DNA of 64,000 bases from Planctomycetota bacterium (lineage in GTDB: Bacteria > Planctomycetota > JAJSAM01 > JAJVHW01): the NCBI GenBank assembly GCA_965248445.1, contig CBDFJG010000004.1, forward strand, positions 192,001 through 256,000, read 5' to 3'. This document shows positions 33,745 to 42,760 of this stretch, piece after piece. The notes below the pieces were generated by a model. The model made no database searches, was not told the origin of the DNA, and saw only the letters and a program-made list of their open reading frames with translations. The translations under genes and the position numbers were made by a program. Numbering within the stretch: the first letter of the stretch is position 1; each line of letters begins with the position of its first letter.

Positions 33745-34617
33745 TCAGAAGGGCAGGTCGAGCGGCACGCCGGTCGCGGCGTCCTTCGCCGCGAGGTACG
33801 CCTTCCCCGGCTCGCAGATCTCGCTGTAGTCGCACCAGCCACACAGCGGGTTGGGAGTCGCCTCGAACGCGTCGAAGCCCAGTTCGTCGTCCTTCTCCCA
33901 GTCCGCGAGAATGCGCTCACAGACCTCGAGCAGCTCGGCCTCCTTGCGTGCCAGCAGTTCGTCGTCCGGCGTGTAGCCGAGCTCGAGGTCGTCGTTCAGG
34001 TACAGGTAGCTGCAGCGCGCGACCTTGCCGCGGAACTTGCGCGAGACGAGGATCGCGTACGCGGCGAGCTGGAGATCCTTCGCCGCCACTTCGGCATCGT
34101 CCCTCGCACGCATCGGCTTGCCCGTCTTGTAGTCGAGGATCACCAGCGAGCCGTCCGGGTTGCGGTCGATCCGGTCGATCTTGCCCGCCAGCGTGACGCG
34201 GTCGCTCAGCCGCTGTTCGTGGAACTGCTCGGCCGTCAGCGGCACGACCGTCGTGTCCTGCGTCTGGAAGAAGCGATACAGGATGTTGAGGCCCTTCTGA
34301 CCCCACGCCTTCTCGTTGTCGCGATCGTCTCCGAACGCCTCCTCGCGCGAGCGCTTCTGCTTGAAGCTATTGCGCTTGAAGACACCGCGGCCGCCCCAGG
34401 CATCACGGAGCAGGTCGCACAGCTTCTCGTACGTGCGGTCTGCGATCGCAACGCGCCCCAGATCGAAGAACGCCTCCAGCGCGTCGTGCACGGCGTTGCC
34501 GAGAACCAGAGGCGGGCTCGCCTTGAAGTACTTTCGCTTCAGTTCCTGGTCGCGCCCGTAGCGGTACTTCCGGGGACAGTTGAGGTATGCCTCGATCTGC
34601 GTCGGATAGATCTTCAT
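33745..34617 (-). CDS. PD-(D/E)XK nuclease (RecB/AddB/Cas4-like) with four-Cys Fe-S motif
   Basis: CPRKY, LGNAVHDAL, GKIDRID, LDYKTG, QLAAYA and C-terminal CGWCDYSEIC. Confidence 0.9.
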   Translation of the reverse strand: MKIYPTQIEAYLNCPRKYRYGRDQELKRKYFKASPPLVLGNAVHDALEAFFDLGRVAIADRTYEKLCDLLRDAWGGRGVFKRNSFKQKRSREEAFGDDRDNEKAWGQKGLNILYRFFQTQDTTVVPLTAEQFHEQRLSDRVTLAGKIDRIDRNPDGSLVILDYKTGKPMRARDDAEVAAKDLQLAAYAILVSRKFRGKVARCSYLYLNDDLELGYTPDDELLARKEAELLEVCERILADWEKDDELGFDAFEATPNPLCGWCDYSEICEPGKAYLAAKDAATGVPLDLPF

Positions 34618-34641
34618 CGGCGTCCGATCGTAGCGCGTCGG

Positions 34642-34902
34642 CTAGGCGTATGTATCGGCTGCTTCCGCAGCCTCGGCCCGCTTCACGGCGCGGGAGACGA
34701 AGAACACCAACACTCCGCTCAGCGACAGGATCGAGACCATCATGAAGATGATCGACCACTGGAAGCCCGTCGCGGGATCCGCGCCCCCGGCGTCACTGTT
34801 CGCGGCGACCGCCGCGTTGCAGTTTGGTCACGCGAACGCCGTCGCTGCGAGCGCCATCACCAGCGCAACGGCGAGCGGACCAGCAGGCATTGAGCGGCGC
34901 AT
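34642..34902 (-). CDS. Small exported membrane-anchored UxxC protein, candidate selenoprotein (in-frame TGA at codon 25)
   Basis: Manual translation: MRRSMPAGPLAVALVMALAATAFA-[TGA]-PNCNAAVAANSDAGGADPATGFQWSIIFMMVSILSLSGVLVFFVSRAVKRAEAAEAADTYA*. Signal peptide, UxxC, TM helix and basic tail; fills the gap after DUF420. Absent from the ORF track. Confidence 0.75.
34795..34823 (-). promoter_or_regulatory. Candidate bacterial SECIS element
   Basis: On the mRNA: ACUG-caa-CGCGGC-GGUC-GCCGCG-aa-CAGU. The 6-bp upper stem starts 11 nt after the UGA at 34830-34828; apical loop GGUC. Confidence 0.62.
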
Positions 34903-34958
34903 GTCCAGACCCTAAGCCCCCGCGAGCCGGGCAGCCAGACGATCATGGCCCTCGTGCA

Positions 34959-35384
34959 TCACTCCAACCCGGGAGCGACGTGATACAGCATCGCGTAGAT
35001 CACGACGCCCGTGGCCGAGACGTACGCCCAGATCGGGAACGTGACCTTGGCCCAGCGGCGGTGCTGCGCGATGCGCTCCTTCCAGCCGAGGTACGCGGTG
35101 CGGAGTGCCAGGAACGGGACGATCGCGGCGAGCACCGTGTGCGTAGCCAGGATGACGAGGTAGATCCCCCGCCAGGGGGACACCTTGGGGAAGGTCTGCA
35201 GCTCGCCGGCCAGTGTGGCCCGCGTCACGTACGAGACCAGAAAGACGCTGGAGACGACCAACGCGCTCAGCATCATCCGCTTGTGCCCCGGGACGTCGCC
35301 GCGCTTCACCCGGGCGATCCCCACACAGAGCAGCACGAGCGCAGTGAGGTTCAGGGCGGCGTTGGCCGCCGCGTGCACGTGCAT
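34959..35384 (-). CDS. DUF420 (CtaM/YozB-like) membrane protein
   Basis: NAALN, HKRMM, FLVSY, ILATHTVLA, HRRWAK..PIWAYVSATGVVIY motifs. Confidence 0.92.
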   Translation of the reverse strand: MHVHAAANAALNLTALVLLCVGIARVKRGDVPGHKRMMLSALVVSSVFLVSYVTRATLAGELQTFPKVSPWRGIYLVILATHTVLAAIVPFLALRTAYLGWKERIAQHRRWAKVTFPIWAYVSATGVVIYAMLYHVAPGLE

Positions 35385-35392
35385 CGGCCGAG

Positions 35393-36055
35393 CTAGGAGC
35401 CTCGCCCGGCAGAGCGCAGCGTGTCGAGGTCCTTCATCAGCTTGTCGAGCCAGCCGGGATCCTCGAGCGGTTCGTAGTGCGCCCGTCCGCGGCCCTCGTG
35501 GTCCAGCAGCACGAACGTGGACTTGTGCAGGATCACGTCTCCGCCGTCGCCGATCTTCAGCTGGTCGGTCGTGATCGCCTTGACATGCGCACGCGACATG
35601 CGGAGGAACAGCCACTTGTCCTTGTCCGCGCCGTACTCGTCTGCGTAGTTCGACAGCACGTCGGGAGTGTCGCGCTCGGGGTCCACGCTGAACGACGTCA
35701 GCACGACGTCCTCGGCGCCGTCCAGACGCGCCTGCAACTCCTGCATCGCCTTCGACATGCGCGGACAGGTCCCGCCGCAGCTCGTGAAGATGAAGTCGAC
35801 GACGGCGAACTTGCCGCGCAGGTCGCCGGTGCTGACGACGTCTCCGGAGCGCTCGACCGCGTCGTAGACCTCGAGCTGTCCGAGGGGCTGCGGCAACAGG
35901 CCCGTGTCGCCGCGACCCGGCTCGATCAAGGGGCCGTCGCCTTCCTCGAGCGTGATCACATTCGCGTGCTCGTCGGTCGGCGGACCGCTCTCCCGGCACG
36001 CGACGAACACGAACAGGGCTGCGCCGATCAACAGGACTGGAAGCACGTAGCGCAT
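35393..36055 (-). CDS. SCO family copper chaperone
   Basis: FIFTSCGGTCP (CxxxC), SVDPERDTP, distal His in ILHKS. Confidence 0.93.
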   Translation of the reverse strand: MRYVLPVLLIGAALFVFVACRESGPPTDEHANVITLEEGDGPLIEPGRGDTGLLPQPLGQLEVYDAVERSGDVVSTGDLRGKFAVVDFIFTSCGGTCPRMSKAMQELQARLDGAEDVVLTSFSVDPERDTPDVLSNYADEYGADKDKWLFLRMSRAHVKAITTDQLKIGDGGDVILHKSTFVLLDHEGRGRAHYEPLEDPGWLDKLMKDLDTLRSAGRGS

Positions 36056-36864
36056 CACTTGTGGTCTCCTCGGCTGCGCGCCCCGACGATCCAGAGCGCC
36101 ACCACGAACATGAGGATGGCCGTCCCGGCCGTCACGCCCATGGAAACGCCGAAGGCCGGCAGGTCATGCCCGGGAACTTCGCCTCCGTACAGCGCCTGGC
36201 GGAACGCGGCGACGCCGTAGGTGAGCGGGTTGGCCTGCATCACCCAGCGCAGCCAGATCGGCGCTCCTTCGAGCGGGAAGAACGCGCCCGAGAGCAGCCA
36301 GAGCGGGAACAGGAACAGCATCATCACGGCGTGGAAGCCCTGCGTGGACTCCATGCGCCACCCGACCACGAATCCCAGCGCGGCGAGCCCGAACCCGACG
36401 ACGATCAGGACACCGACACCGGCGAGGAACGAGCCTGCCGTGACGGGCACCCCGACGACGGGCGCCATCAGCAGGAACAGGACGCCCTGGATGATCGCCA
36501 GCGTCGCGCCTCCCCCGACCTTGCCCAGAACGATGCCTGCGCGAGACGCCGGTGAGACGAGGACTGACTGCAGGAAGCCCTCGTTGCGGTCCTGGATGAG
36601 CGAGAACGTCGAGAAGATCGCGGTGAACAGGAGGACCATCACGACGGTGCCCGGGAACAGGAACTCGAGGAAGCCCTGCTTGTCCTCGCCCCCGCCGATC
36701 GAGAACGCTCCCTGGAACCCGGCGCCGAACAGCAGCCAGAACACCATCGGCTGAACGATCGCAGACGTGAGGCGCTTGCGCTGGCGCACAAACCGCACGA
36801 GCTCGCGCTTCCAGAGGGTGAACGCCGGGAGCCCGAATCGGCCAGTGAAGTCTGTGCGGCTCAC
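36055..36864 (-). CDS. ABC-2 type permease
   Basis: Six TM helices; FLFPG, DRNEGFL, LSGAFFP, NPLTYGV. Confidence 0.92.
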   Translation of the reverse strand: MSRTDFTGRFGLPAFTLWKRELVRFVRQRKRLTSAIVQPMVFWLLFGAGFQGAFSIGGGEDKQGFLEFLFPGTVVMVLLFTAIFSTFSLIQDRNEGFLQSVLVSPASRAGIVLGKVGGGATLAIIQGVLFLLMAPVVGVPVTAGSFLAGVGVLIVVGFGLAALGFVVGWRMESTQGFHAVMMLFLFPLWLLSGAFFPLEGAPIWLRWVMQANPLTYGVAAFRQALYGGEVPGHDLPAFGVSMGVTAGTAILMFVVALWIVGARSRGDHK

Positions 36865-37796
36865 TCGAACGCCTTCCCCGTCTTCTCCAGGAACACGTCT
36901 TCGAGGGTCGGCCGCCCGACGGTGACCGACGCCAGGTCGTCGCCGAACGCAGCGAGCAGACGCGCCACGAGAGCCGGTCCGGCGTCCTCGCGGACGTGCA
37001 ATCCGCCGCCGACCGAGGCCATCTGCACCCCTAGCTCGGCGCCGATTCGGGCGCGCACGGAGTCGAGTTCACCGGGGGCTGCGGGCACCGCGGTCACGAC
37101 GTCGCCCCCGAGCGCCGCGCGCAACTCGTGCGGCGTGCCGAGCGCGACGAGCTTTCCCGCGTCGAGGATCGCCACACGATCGCAGCGCTCCGCCTCCTCC
37201 ATCAGGTGCGTCGTGACGAGACACGCAACCCCGTCCTCGTCGCGCAATCGCGCGAGGTGGTCCCACACGTCGCGGCGGGCGGCGGGGTCGAGGCCGGTTG
37301 TCGGCTCGTCGAGCAGCAGCAGCCGCGGCCGGTGCAGCAGTCCCTTCGCGATCTCGACCCGGCGCTGCAGGCCTCCGGACAACTCGCGCACCAGGTCGCC
37401 GGAACGGTCGCTCAGGCCGAAGCGGGAGAGACCGGCGTCGATGCGGGCCGTGAGCTCGCGACCGCTCAGCCCATAGAGGTGACCCTGGTGAACCAGGTTC
37501 TCGCGCACCGTGAGGTGCACGTCGAGCGACGGCGATTGGAAGACGACGCCAATCCCCTCGCGCACGGCCGCGCTCTCGTCCGGAAGCGCGTGCCCGAGCA
37601 CTCGCGCCGCACCGGAGGTCGGCGGAAGGAGCGTCGAAACGACGCGGAACAGCGTCGTCTTGCCGCCGCCGTTCGGGCCGAGCAGGCCGAACAACTCGCC
37701 CGGCCGCAGTGAGAACGTGACGTCATCCAGAGCGCGTCGCTCGCCGTAGTGGCGCGACAGTCCAGCGAGGGCGAGCGGAGAGGTGCTCTCCGTCAT
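36861..37796 (-). CDS. ABC transporter ATP-binding protein
   Basis: GPNGGGKT, LSGGLQ, LLLDEPT, TTH, PTLEDVF; ATG 37796 overlaps the ctaB stop. Confidence 0.93.
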   Translation of the reverse strand: MTESTSPLALAGLSRHYGERRALDDVTFSLRPGELFGLLGPNGGGKTTLFRVVSTLLPPTSGAARVLGHALPDESAAVREGIGVVFQSPSLDVHLTVRENLVHQGHLYGLSGRELTARIDAGLSRFGLSDRSGDLVRELSGGLQRRVEIAKGLLHRPRLLLLDEPTTGLDPAARRDVWDHLARLRDEDGVACLVTTHLMEEAERCDRVAILDAGKLVALGTPHELRAALGGDVVTAVPAAPGELDSVRARIGAELGVQMASVGGGLHVREDAGPALVARLLAAFGDDLASVTVGRPTLEDVFLEKTGKAFE

Positions 37797-38689
37797 GCCG
37801 GTCCGAGCGCGGCGAACGCGAGCAGGACGACCGGGAGGTAGAGCAGCGACCCACGTAACAGCAGTCGTGCGCTGCGCTCCGAGGTGCGGAACGCGAAGAG
37901 CCCACCGCAGACTACGAGCCCCACGCCTGCCGCGAGCGCCACGATGAAGTAGTCCTGCCCTGCCAGCCCGAGCGGAACCGCAGCGAGCGAGACTGCCACG
38001 GTGAGGAGCCCCTGCACGACCACCTGTCGGGCAGTGGCGCCGCTGCCGCCGGTCACGACGGGCAGCATCGCGTACCCCGCACGCGCGTAGTCGTCGCGAT
38101 AGAGCCATGCGATCGCGAGAAAGTGCGGCAGCTGCCAGGCCGCGACCAGCGCGAACAGGAACCAGGCTCGCGTACCGAGATGTCCCGTCGCCGCGGCGGC
38201 ACCGAGGAGTGGCGGCAGCGCGCCCGGGATGGCGCCGACCAGCGTGTTCAACGAGGTGCGCGTCTTGAGCGGCGTGTAGATGCCGAGGTACGTCCCGACC
38301 GTGAGCGCGCCCAGGGCGAACGCCAGCGGCGTCGTCCAGAGAAGCAGCACACCGAGACCGAGGACGATCAGCGCCAGCCCGAACACGTACGCCTCGGCGG
38401 GCGTGACGCGGCCTGCGGGCAGCGGTCGATCGCGGGTCCGCACCATGCGGGCGTCGAGGTCCCGTTCCATCCACTGGTTCAGCGCGCTCGCGCCGAAAGC
38501 GAGTAGACCCGCTCCGGCGATTGCGGCGGCGAATCGCGATGCTGGTGCGAACGTCCCGGCGGCAACCCACCAGCCTGCGGCGACTGCGAGCACCGCCATC
38601 GCGTTCAGGCGTGGCTTCGTCAGCGCAACGAACGCACCGAGCCGTGCGGCTGCTCCGATCGGAGCTACGGTCGCGTCCGTGACGCTCAC
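37793..38689 (-). CDS. ctaB: Heme o synthase (protoheme IX farnesyltransferase)
   Basis: LTKPRL, NQWMERDLDARMVRTRDRPLPAG, YTPLK, GALPP, WQLPHF, DDYARAG. Confidence 0.95.
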   Translation of the reverse strand: MSVTDATVAPIGAAARLGAFVALTKPRLNAMAVLAVAAGWWVAAGTFAPASRFAAAIAGAGLLAFGASALNQWMERDLDARMVRTRDRPLPAGRVTPAEAYVFGLALIVLGLGVLLLWTTPLAFALGALTVGTYLGIYTPLKTRTSLNTLVGAIPGALPPLLGAAAATGHLGTRAWFLFALVAAWQLPHFLAIAWLYRDDYARAGYAMLPVVTGGSGATARQVVVQGLLTVAVSLAAVPLGLAGQDYFIVALAAGVGLVVCGGLFAFRTSERSARLLLRGSLLYLPVVLLAFAALGPA

Positions 38690-39723
38690 GACACGGCCTC
38701 GAGTTCGCGGGATGAGTCCGCCGCAGCGCTCGCCTCGATGCGATCTCGCGCCTCCGCAACGCGCTCGTCCGTCGGCACGCCGTAGATGCGGAGTCCGCGG
38801 AACAGCAGCGTGACGCAGAGCGCGAGAATCGCCGCCCCGAGCACCAGGTGCAGATTGAGGGTCGCGATGGCACCGAGAGACGGCAGGTCCTGGTAACCGG
38901 CGGCGACGTGCTGCGCTCGTTCGGTCGCTACCAGGTACGAGGCGAGGCCGAGGCCGATCTGCGCGATGACGAGTACGCCAAGCCATACGGACGGACGGCG
39001 CAGTCTCGGGAGCTCACGGGGCACGTCGCCGGCGCCGGTCAACACCAGCTTCGCCAGCAAGATCACGACGAGCAGAGCGAACATGGAGTGCACTTCGCGC
39101 GCGAGGTAGCCGTGCCGCGCGGCGGCTCCGAGGACGAGCTGCACGAATACCACGACTCCAGCCAGCATGGCTCCGCGTACGACGGCCAGGCCCGTCGCGT
39201 CGAGCGGCCGGTCTTCGTCCGTACGCCAGCGCGGGGAGAGGAACGTCGCGAGGGCGACGAGAGTGCAGAGGAAGAGCTGCGCGAACACCGAGTGCAGGAG
39301 CGGCCACGGCGGTGCCAGCAAGAACAGGACGCCGAGGCCGCCGAACGCCGCCTGCAGGACGACGAGGCCGAGAGCGAACCAGGCCAGCTTCCGAACCCAG
39401 CTGCGCGGATCGCAGCGCTGCACCCAAATGGCGAGCACGAGTGTCAGCATGCCCATCACGCCCGCAATGTGCCGGTGCAGCACCTCCGCGCGCAGCGTGT
39501 CGATGCGATACAGCTCCCTCAGCTTGGCCCAGTCCGGCAGCAGCTCACCGTAGATCAGCGGCCAGTCCGGGACAGTGAGACCCGCGCGCTGCGTGCGCAC
39601 GTTCGCCCCCGCGAGCAGTAGGAGCACGCAGAACCCCACACACAGCGCCGCCCATCTGAACAACCGGCTCGGCCGTCCCACGTCAGGTGGTTCGACACGG
39701 GTGGCGGTGTTCTTTTCGTCCAT
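38686..39723 (-). CDS. ctaA: Heme A synthase (COX15/CtaA family)
   Basis: AGLTVPDWP, EVLHR, QAAFGG, conserved His residues, QLVLGAAARH; sits between ctaD and ctaB. Confidence 0.88.
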   Translation of the reverse strand: MDEKNTATRVEPPDVGRPSRLFRWAALCVGFCVLLLLAGANVRTQRAGLTVPDWPLIYGELLPDWAKLRELYRIDTLRAEVLHRHIAGVMGMLTLVLAIWVQRCDPRSWVRKLAWFALGLVVLQAAFGGLGVLFLLAPPWPLLHSVFAQLFLCTLVALATFLSPRWRTDEDRPLDATGLAVVRGAMLAGVVVFVQLVLGAAARHGYLAREVHSMFALLVVILLAKLVLTGAGDVPRELPRLRRPSVWLGVLVIAQIGLGLASYLVATERAQHVAAGYQDLPSLGAIATLNLHLVLGAAILALCVTLLFRGLRIYGVPTDERVAEARDRIEASAAADSSRELEAVS

Positions 39724-39766
39724 GGTGCTGCGCGGATGCCGCCTCTTGCGGCACCCGTTGCGTGCG

Positions 39767-41566
39767 CTATCCCGCGGGCGTGGAGGTGACCTCGCGCTCC
39801 GAGAGATCCAGGTCCTGCGGGAGCCAGTCTTCGTCCACCTCGGGTGAGGCGTACTCGTACGGCCCGCGATAGACGGTCGGGATGACCGGTCCGAAGTTGC
39901 CGTGGATGCCCGGCGTCGGGGATGCCGTCCACTCGAGCGTGTTGGCGTTCCAGGGGTTCTGCTCTGCCTTCTTGCCCTTCCACATGCTCCAGAGCACGTT
40001 GAAGAGAAGGATCAGCTGCGTGAACCCGAGCAGGATCGCGGCGTGCGTCATGAGCCTGTTCATCGGCAGCATGCCGTCGATGTAGACGTACTTCTCGTAC
40101 GGGTTCTGCGTTCGGCGGTGCATGCCGCCCATGCCGACGACGTGCATCATGAAGAACGTCATGTTGAAGGCGATGAAGGACAGCCAGAAGTGGATGTACC
40201 CGAGCGTCCGGTTCATGTGGCGCCCGAACATCTTCGGGTACCAGTAGTAGATCCCGGCGAACGCGCCGAACAGGCTGCCGCCGAATAACACGTAGTGGAT
40301 GTGCGCGACGATGAAGTACGTGTCGTGGATGTGCACGTCCACGGGTGTCGCGGCCATGTAGATCCCTGATAACCCGCCGATCACGAACATGCTGACGAAC
40401 GCAATGGCGAAGCACATCGGCACCGTGAACCGAATTTGACCGCGCCACAATGTCGCCAGCCAGTTGAACACCTTGATGGCGCTCGGTAGCGCGATCATCA
40501 TCGTCGAGAGCATGAAGGTCATGCCGAGCATCGGGTTCATGCCGCTCTGGAACATGTGGTGACCCCACACGATGAACCCGAGTCCGGCGATGCCTGCGAT
40601 GGAGTAGACCATCGGGCGGTAACCGAAGATCGGCTTGCGCGCGAACGTCGCGATGACGTCCGACGCCATACCCATCGACGGCAGGATCATGATGTAGACG
40701 GCGGGGTGGCTGTAGAACCAGAACAGGTGCTGGTAGAGGATCGGGTTGCCACCGCCCGACGCGTAGTTGAACGGGTTGCCGCCGATCTCGAGGCCCTGCG
40801 AGAGGCCCGCCGGGATGAAGAAGCTGGAGCCCCAAACGCGGTCCAGCAGCAGCATGATCATCGCGGACGTCAGCACCGGCGTGGCGAACACCGACAGGAT
40901 GCTGGTGATGAAGATCGACCAGACCGTGAGCGGCATGCAGAAGAAGCGCATGCCCGGCGCGCGCATGGTCACGATCGTCGTGATGTAGTTGGTCGCGCCC
41001 ATGATCGAGCCGGAGCCGACCAGGATGACGCCCACGCACCAGAGTGATTGACCCTGACCGGCGAGATACGAGAGCGGTGGATAGCCCGTCCACCCAGAGG
41101 CGGGTGCCCCCGCCGCTCCCTCGATCACGAACGACATGCCGAAGCAGACGAACGCAGGCCACATGACCCAGTACGAGACCATGTTCAGAAGCGGGAAGGC
41201 CATGTCGCGCGCACCGATCATCAGCGGCACGCAGAAGTTCCCGAACGCGCCGACGAGCATCGGAATGATGACCAGGAAGATCATCACCGAGGCGTGCATC
41301 GTGAACGCCATGTTGTAGATGTCGCCGCTGGCGACGTTCTCGCCCTCGCCGTACATCGCTTCGAGGATCGACCCGAGCACCGGGACCTCGGTGTTCGGGT
41401 ACGCCAGCTGCCAGCGGACGATCAGCGCCAGCGCCCCGCCGACGAACATCCAGAGCAGCGTCGTGATGAGGAACTGCTTGCCGATCATCTTGTGGTCCAT
41501 CGAGAAGACGTATTTCCCGAGGAACCCCGGCTCGTGGTGGTGATCGTGGCCGTGCTCGTCGCCCAT
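39767..41566 (-). CDS. ctaD: Cytochrome c oxidase subunit I (A2-type)
   Basis: DHKMIG, TMHAS, GARDMAFP, WFYSHPAVY, WGHHM, HDTYFIVAHIHY, GMHRR. Confidence 0.97.
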   Translation of the reverse strand: MGDEHGHDHHHEPGFLGKYVFSMDHKMIGKQFLITTLLWMFVGGALALIVRWQLAYPNTEVPVLGSILEAMYGEGENVASGDIYNMAFTMHASVMIFLVIIPMLVGAFGNFCVPLMIGARDMAFPLLNMVSYWVMWPAFVCFGMSFVIEGAAGAPASGWTGYPPLSYLAGQGQSLWCVGVILVGSGSIMGATNYITTIVTMRAPGMRFFCMPLTVWSIFITSILSVFATPVLTSAMIMLLLDRVWGSSFFIPAGLSQGLEIGGNPFNYASGGGNPILYQHLFWFYSHPAVYIMILPSMGMASDVIATFARKPIFGYRPMVYSIAGIAGLGFIVWGHHMFQSGMNPMLGMTFMLSTMMIALPSAIKVFNWLATLWRGQIRFTVPMCFAIAFVSMFVIGGLSGIYMAATPVDVHIHDTYFIVAHIHYVLFGGSLFGAFAGIYYWYPKMFGRHMNRTLGYIHFWLSFIAFNMTFFMMHVVGMGGMHRRTQNPYEKYVYIDGMLPMNRLMTHAAILLGFTQLILLFNVLWSMWKGKKAEQNPWNANTLEWTASPTPGIHGNFGPVIPTVYRGPYEYASPEVDEDWLPQDLDLSEREVTSTPAG

Positions 41567-41568
41567 GA

Positions 41569-42582
41569 TCAGAAGTCCTCCTCGTCGTCTTCCGACGGCG
41601 TGTCGGGTCCTAGGTCATCGGGTCCGAACGGTTTGCGTTGCCAGCGCGGCTTCTCGAGGGCGAGGTTCTCGCTCTGCCACTGCCAGCGCCACCAGATCTC
41701 GTACGAGACGCTTCCGTTCGGACCGATCTTCCCGTGCTCCGGCAACTTCACGGATGTCGGCTGACCGGCCATCCACGCCTCGTAATCGGCGTTCGACACG
41801 ACGTACAGCCGGGCCGACATGGCGGAGTGCGTGGCGCCACACAACTCGGCGCAGACGATGTCCCAGTAGTCGAGCTGCACGTCGTTGCTGTCGCGGTCCT
41901 TGACGGTCTTTCGATCGGCGGACAGCTTGTTGGAGCGGAACCACACGTTCGCCGGCCACCCCGGAACCGCGTCCTGCTTGAAGCGCAGGTTCGGCAGGAA
42001 GAAGCTGTGAAGCACGTCCATCGACCGTTCCTCGGCGAGGACCGGCCGGTCGATCGGGATGATCAGTGCACCCGTCGTTACGAGGTCGTCGTTCGCGGAG
42101 AACTTCCCCTCGGCATCCGCGACGGCGTACTCGCCGTCGGGACCGGGGTAGCGGAAGTTCCACTCGAACTGCTTCGCGAAGATCTGCACGGGAACGGCTT
42201 CGCCGTCCATCTCGCCCGGCCGGGCCGACTTCATGTCGAGCCAGAGTTCGGCCTGGTACACCGCGAGCAGCACGAGGATCAGCGACGGGACGATGGTCCA
42301 CACGATCTCGACCGCGTGGTTGCCGTGCGTGTGCTTCGCCTTCTGCCCCGCCTTCGCGCGGTACTTGAAGAGGAAGTAGACGAGGACAGCCTGGACGAGC
42401 ACGAACGTGACGCCCGTGATCCACGTGATCAGGTACGTCAGCCTGTCGATCTCCTCGGCCTGCTCCGAGGCAGGCTCAGGGAGCCAGCCCAGGACGTCGC
42501 CCGAGCAGCCTGCGAGGAGCGCGACGCTCGCGAGCGCCCCGAGGGCGCGCAGGCAGTTCTGTCCGCGCTTGGTGGTGCTCAA
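41569..42582 (-). CDS. ctaC: Cytochrome c oxidase subunit II (CuA, lipoprotein)
   Basis: Lipobox LAGC, two TM helices, EIVWT, QFEWNFRY, DVLHSF, CAELCGATHSAM. TTG 42582 has a GGAGG RBS; ATG 42618 is an alternative start. Confidence 0.93.
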   Translation of the reverse strand: MSTTKRGQNCLRALGALASVALLAGCSGDVLGWLPEPASEQAEEIDRLTYLITWITGVTFVLVQAVLVYFLFKYRAKAGQKAKHTHGNHAVEIVWTIVPSLILVLLAVYQAELWLDMKSARPGEMDGEAVPVQIFAKQFEWNFRYPGPDGEYAVADAEGKFSANDDLVTTGALIIPIDRPVLAEERSMDVLHSFFLPNLRFKQDAVPGWPANVWFRSNKLSADRKTVKDRDSNDVQLDYWDIVCAELCGATHSAMSARLYVVSNADYEAWMAGQPTSVKLPEHGKIGPNGSVSYEIWWRWQWQSENLALEKPRWQRKPFGPDDLGPDTPSEDDEEDF

Positions 42583-42760
42583 CTCGTCCGCCTCCCGCCC
42601 CGGCTCTGCCAGGCTCATCCGTTCCACGACGAGGCGGGATGTTAGCCCAAGCGGGGGCGTCTTCAGGACCGGGAAACGGCCCGATCCGGTGGTTCCCGAC
42701 CGGAGTCGCGCCGGCCCCCCGAAAGCGGGCCCGGAAGCGGCTCCGGCCTGCATCCGCCGA

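Noticed and set aside
33745..34617. Cas4 as evidence of a CRISPR-Cas locus
   Set aside because: No repeat-spacer array or other cas genes in the window.
34828..34830. Genome-wide TGA reassignment (genetic code 4 or 25)
   Set aside because: TGA is the normal stop of many genes here, including ATGA, GTGA and TGATG overlaps.
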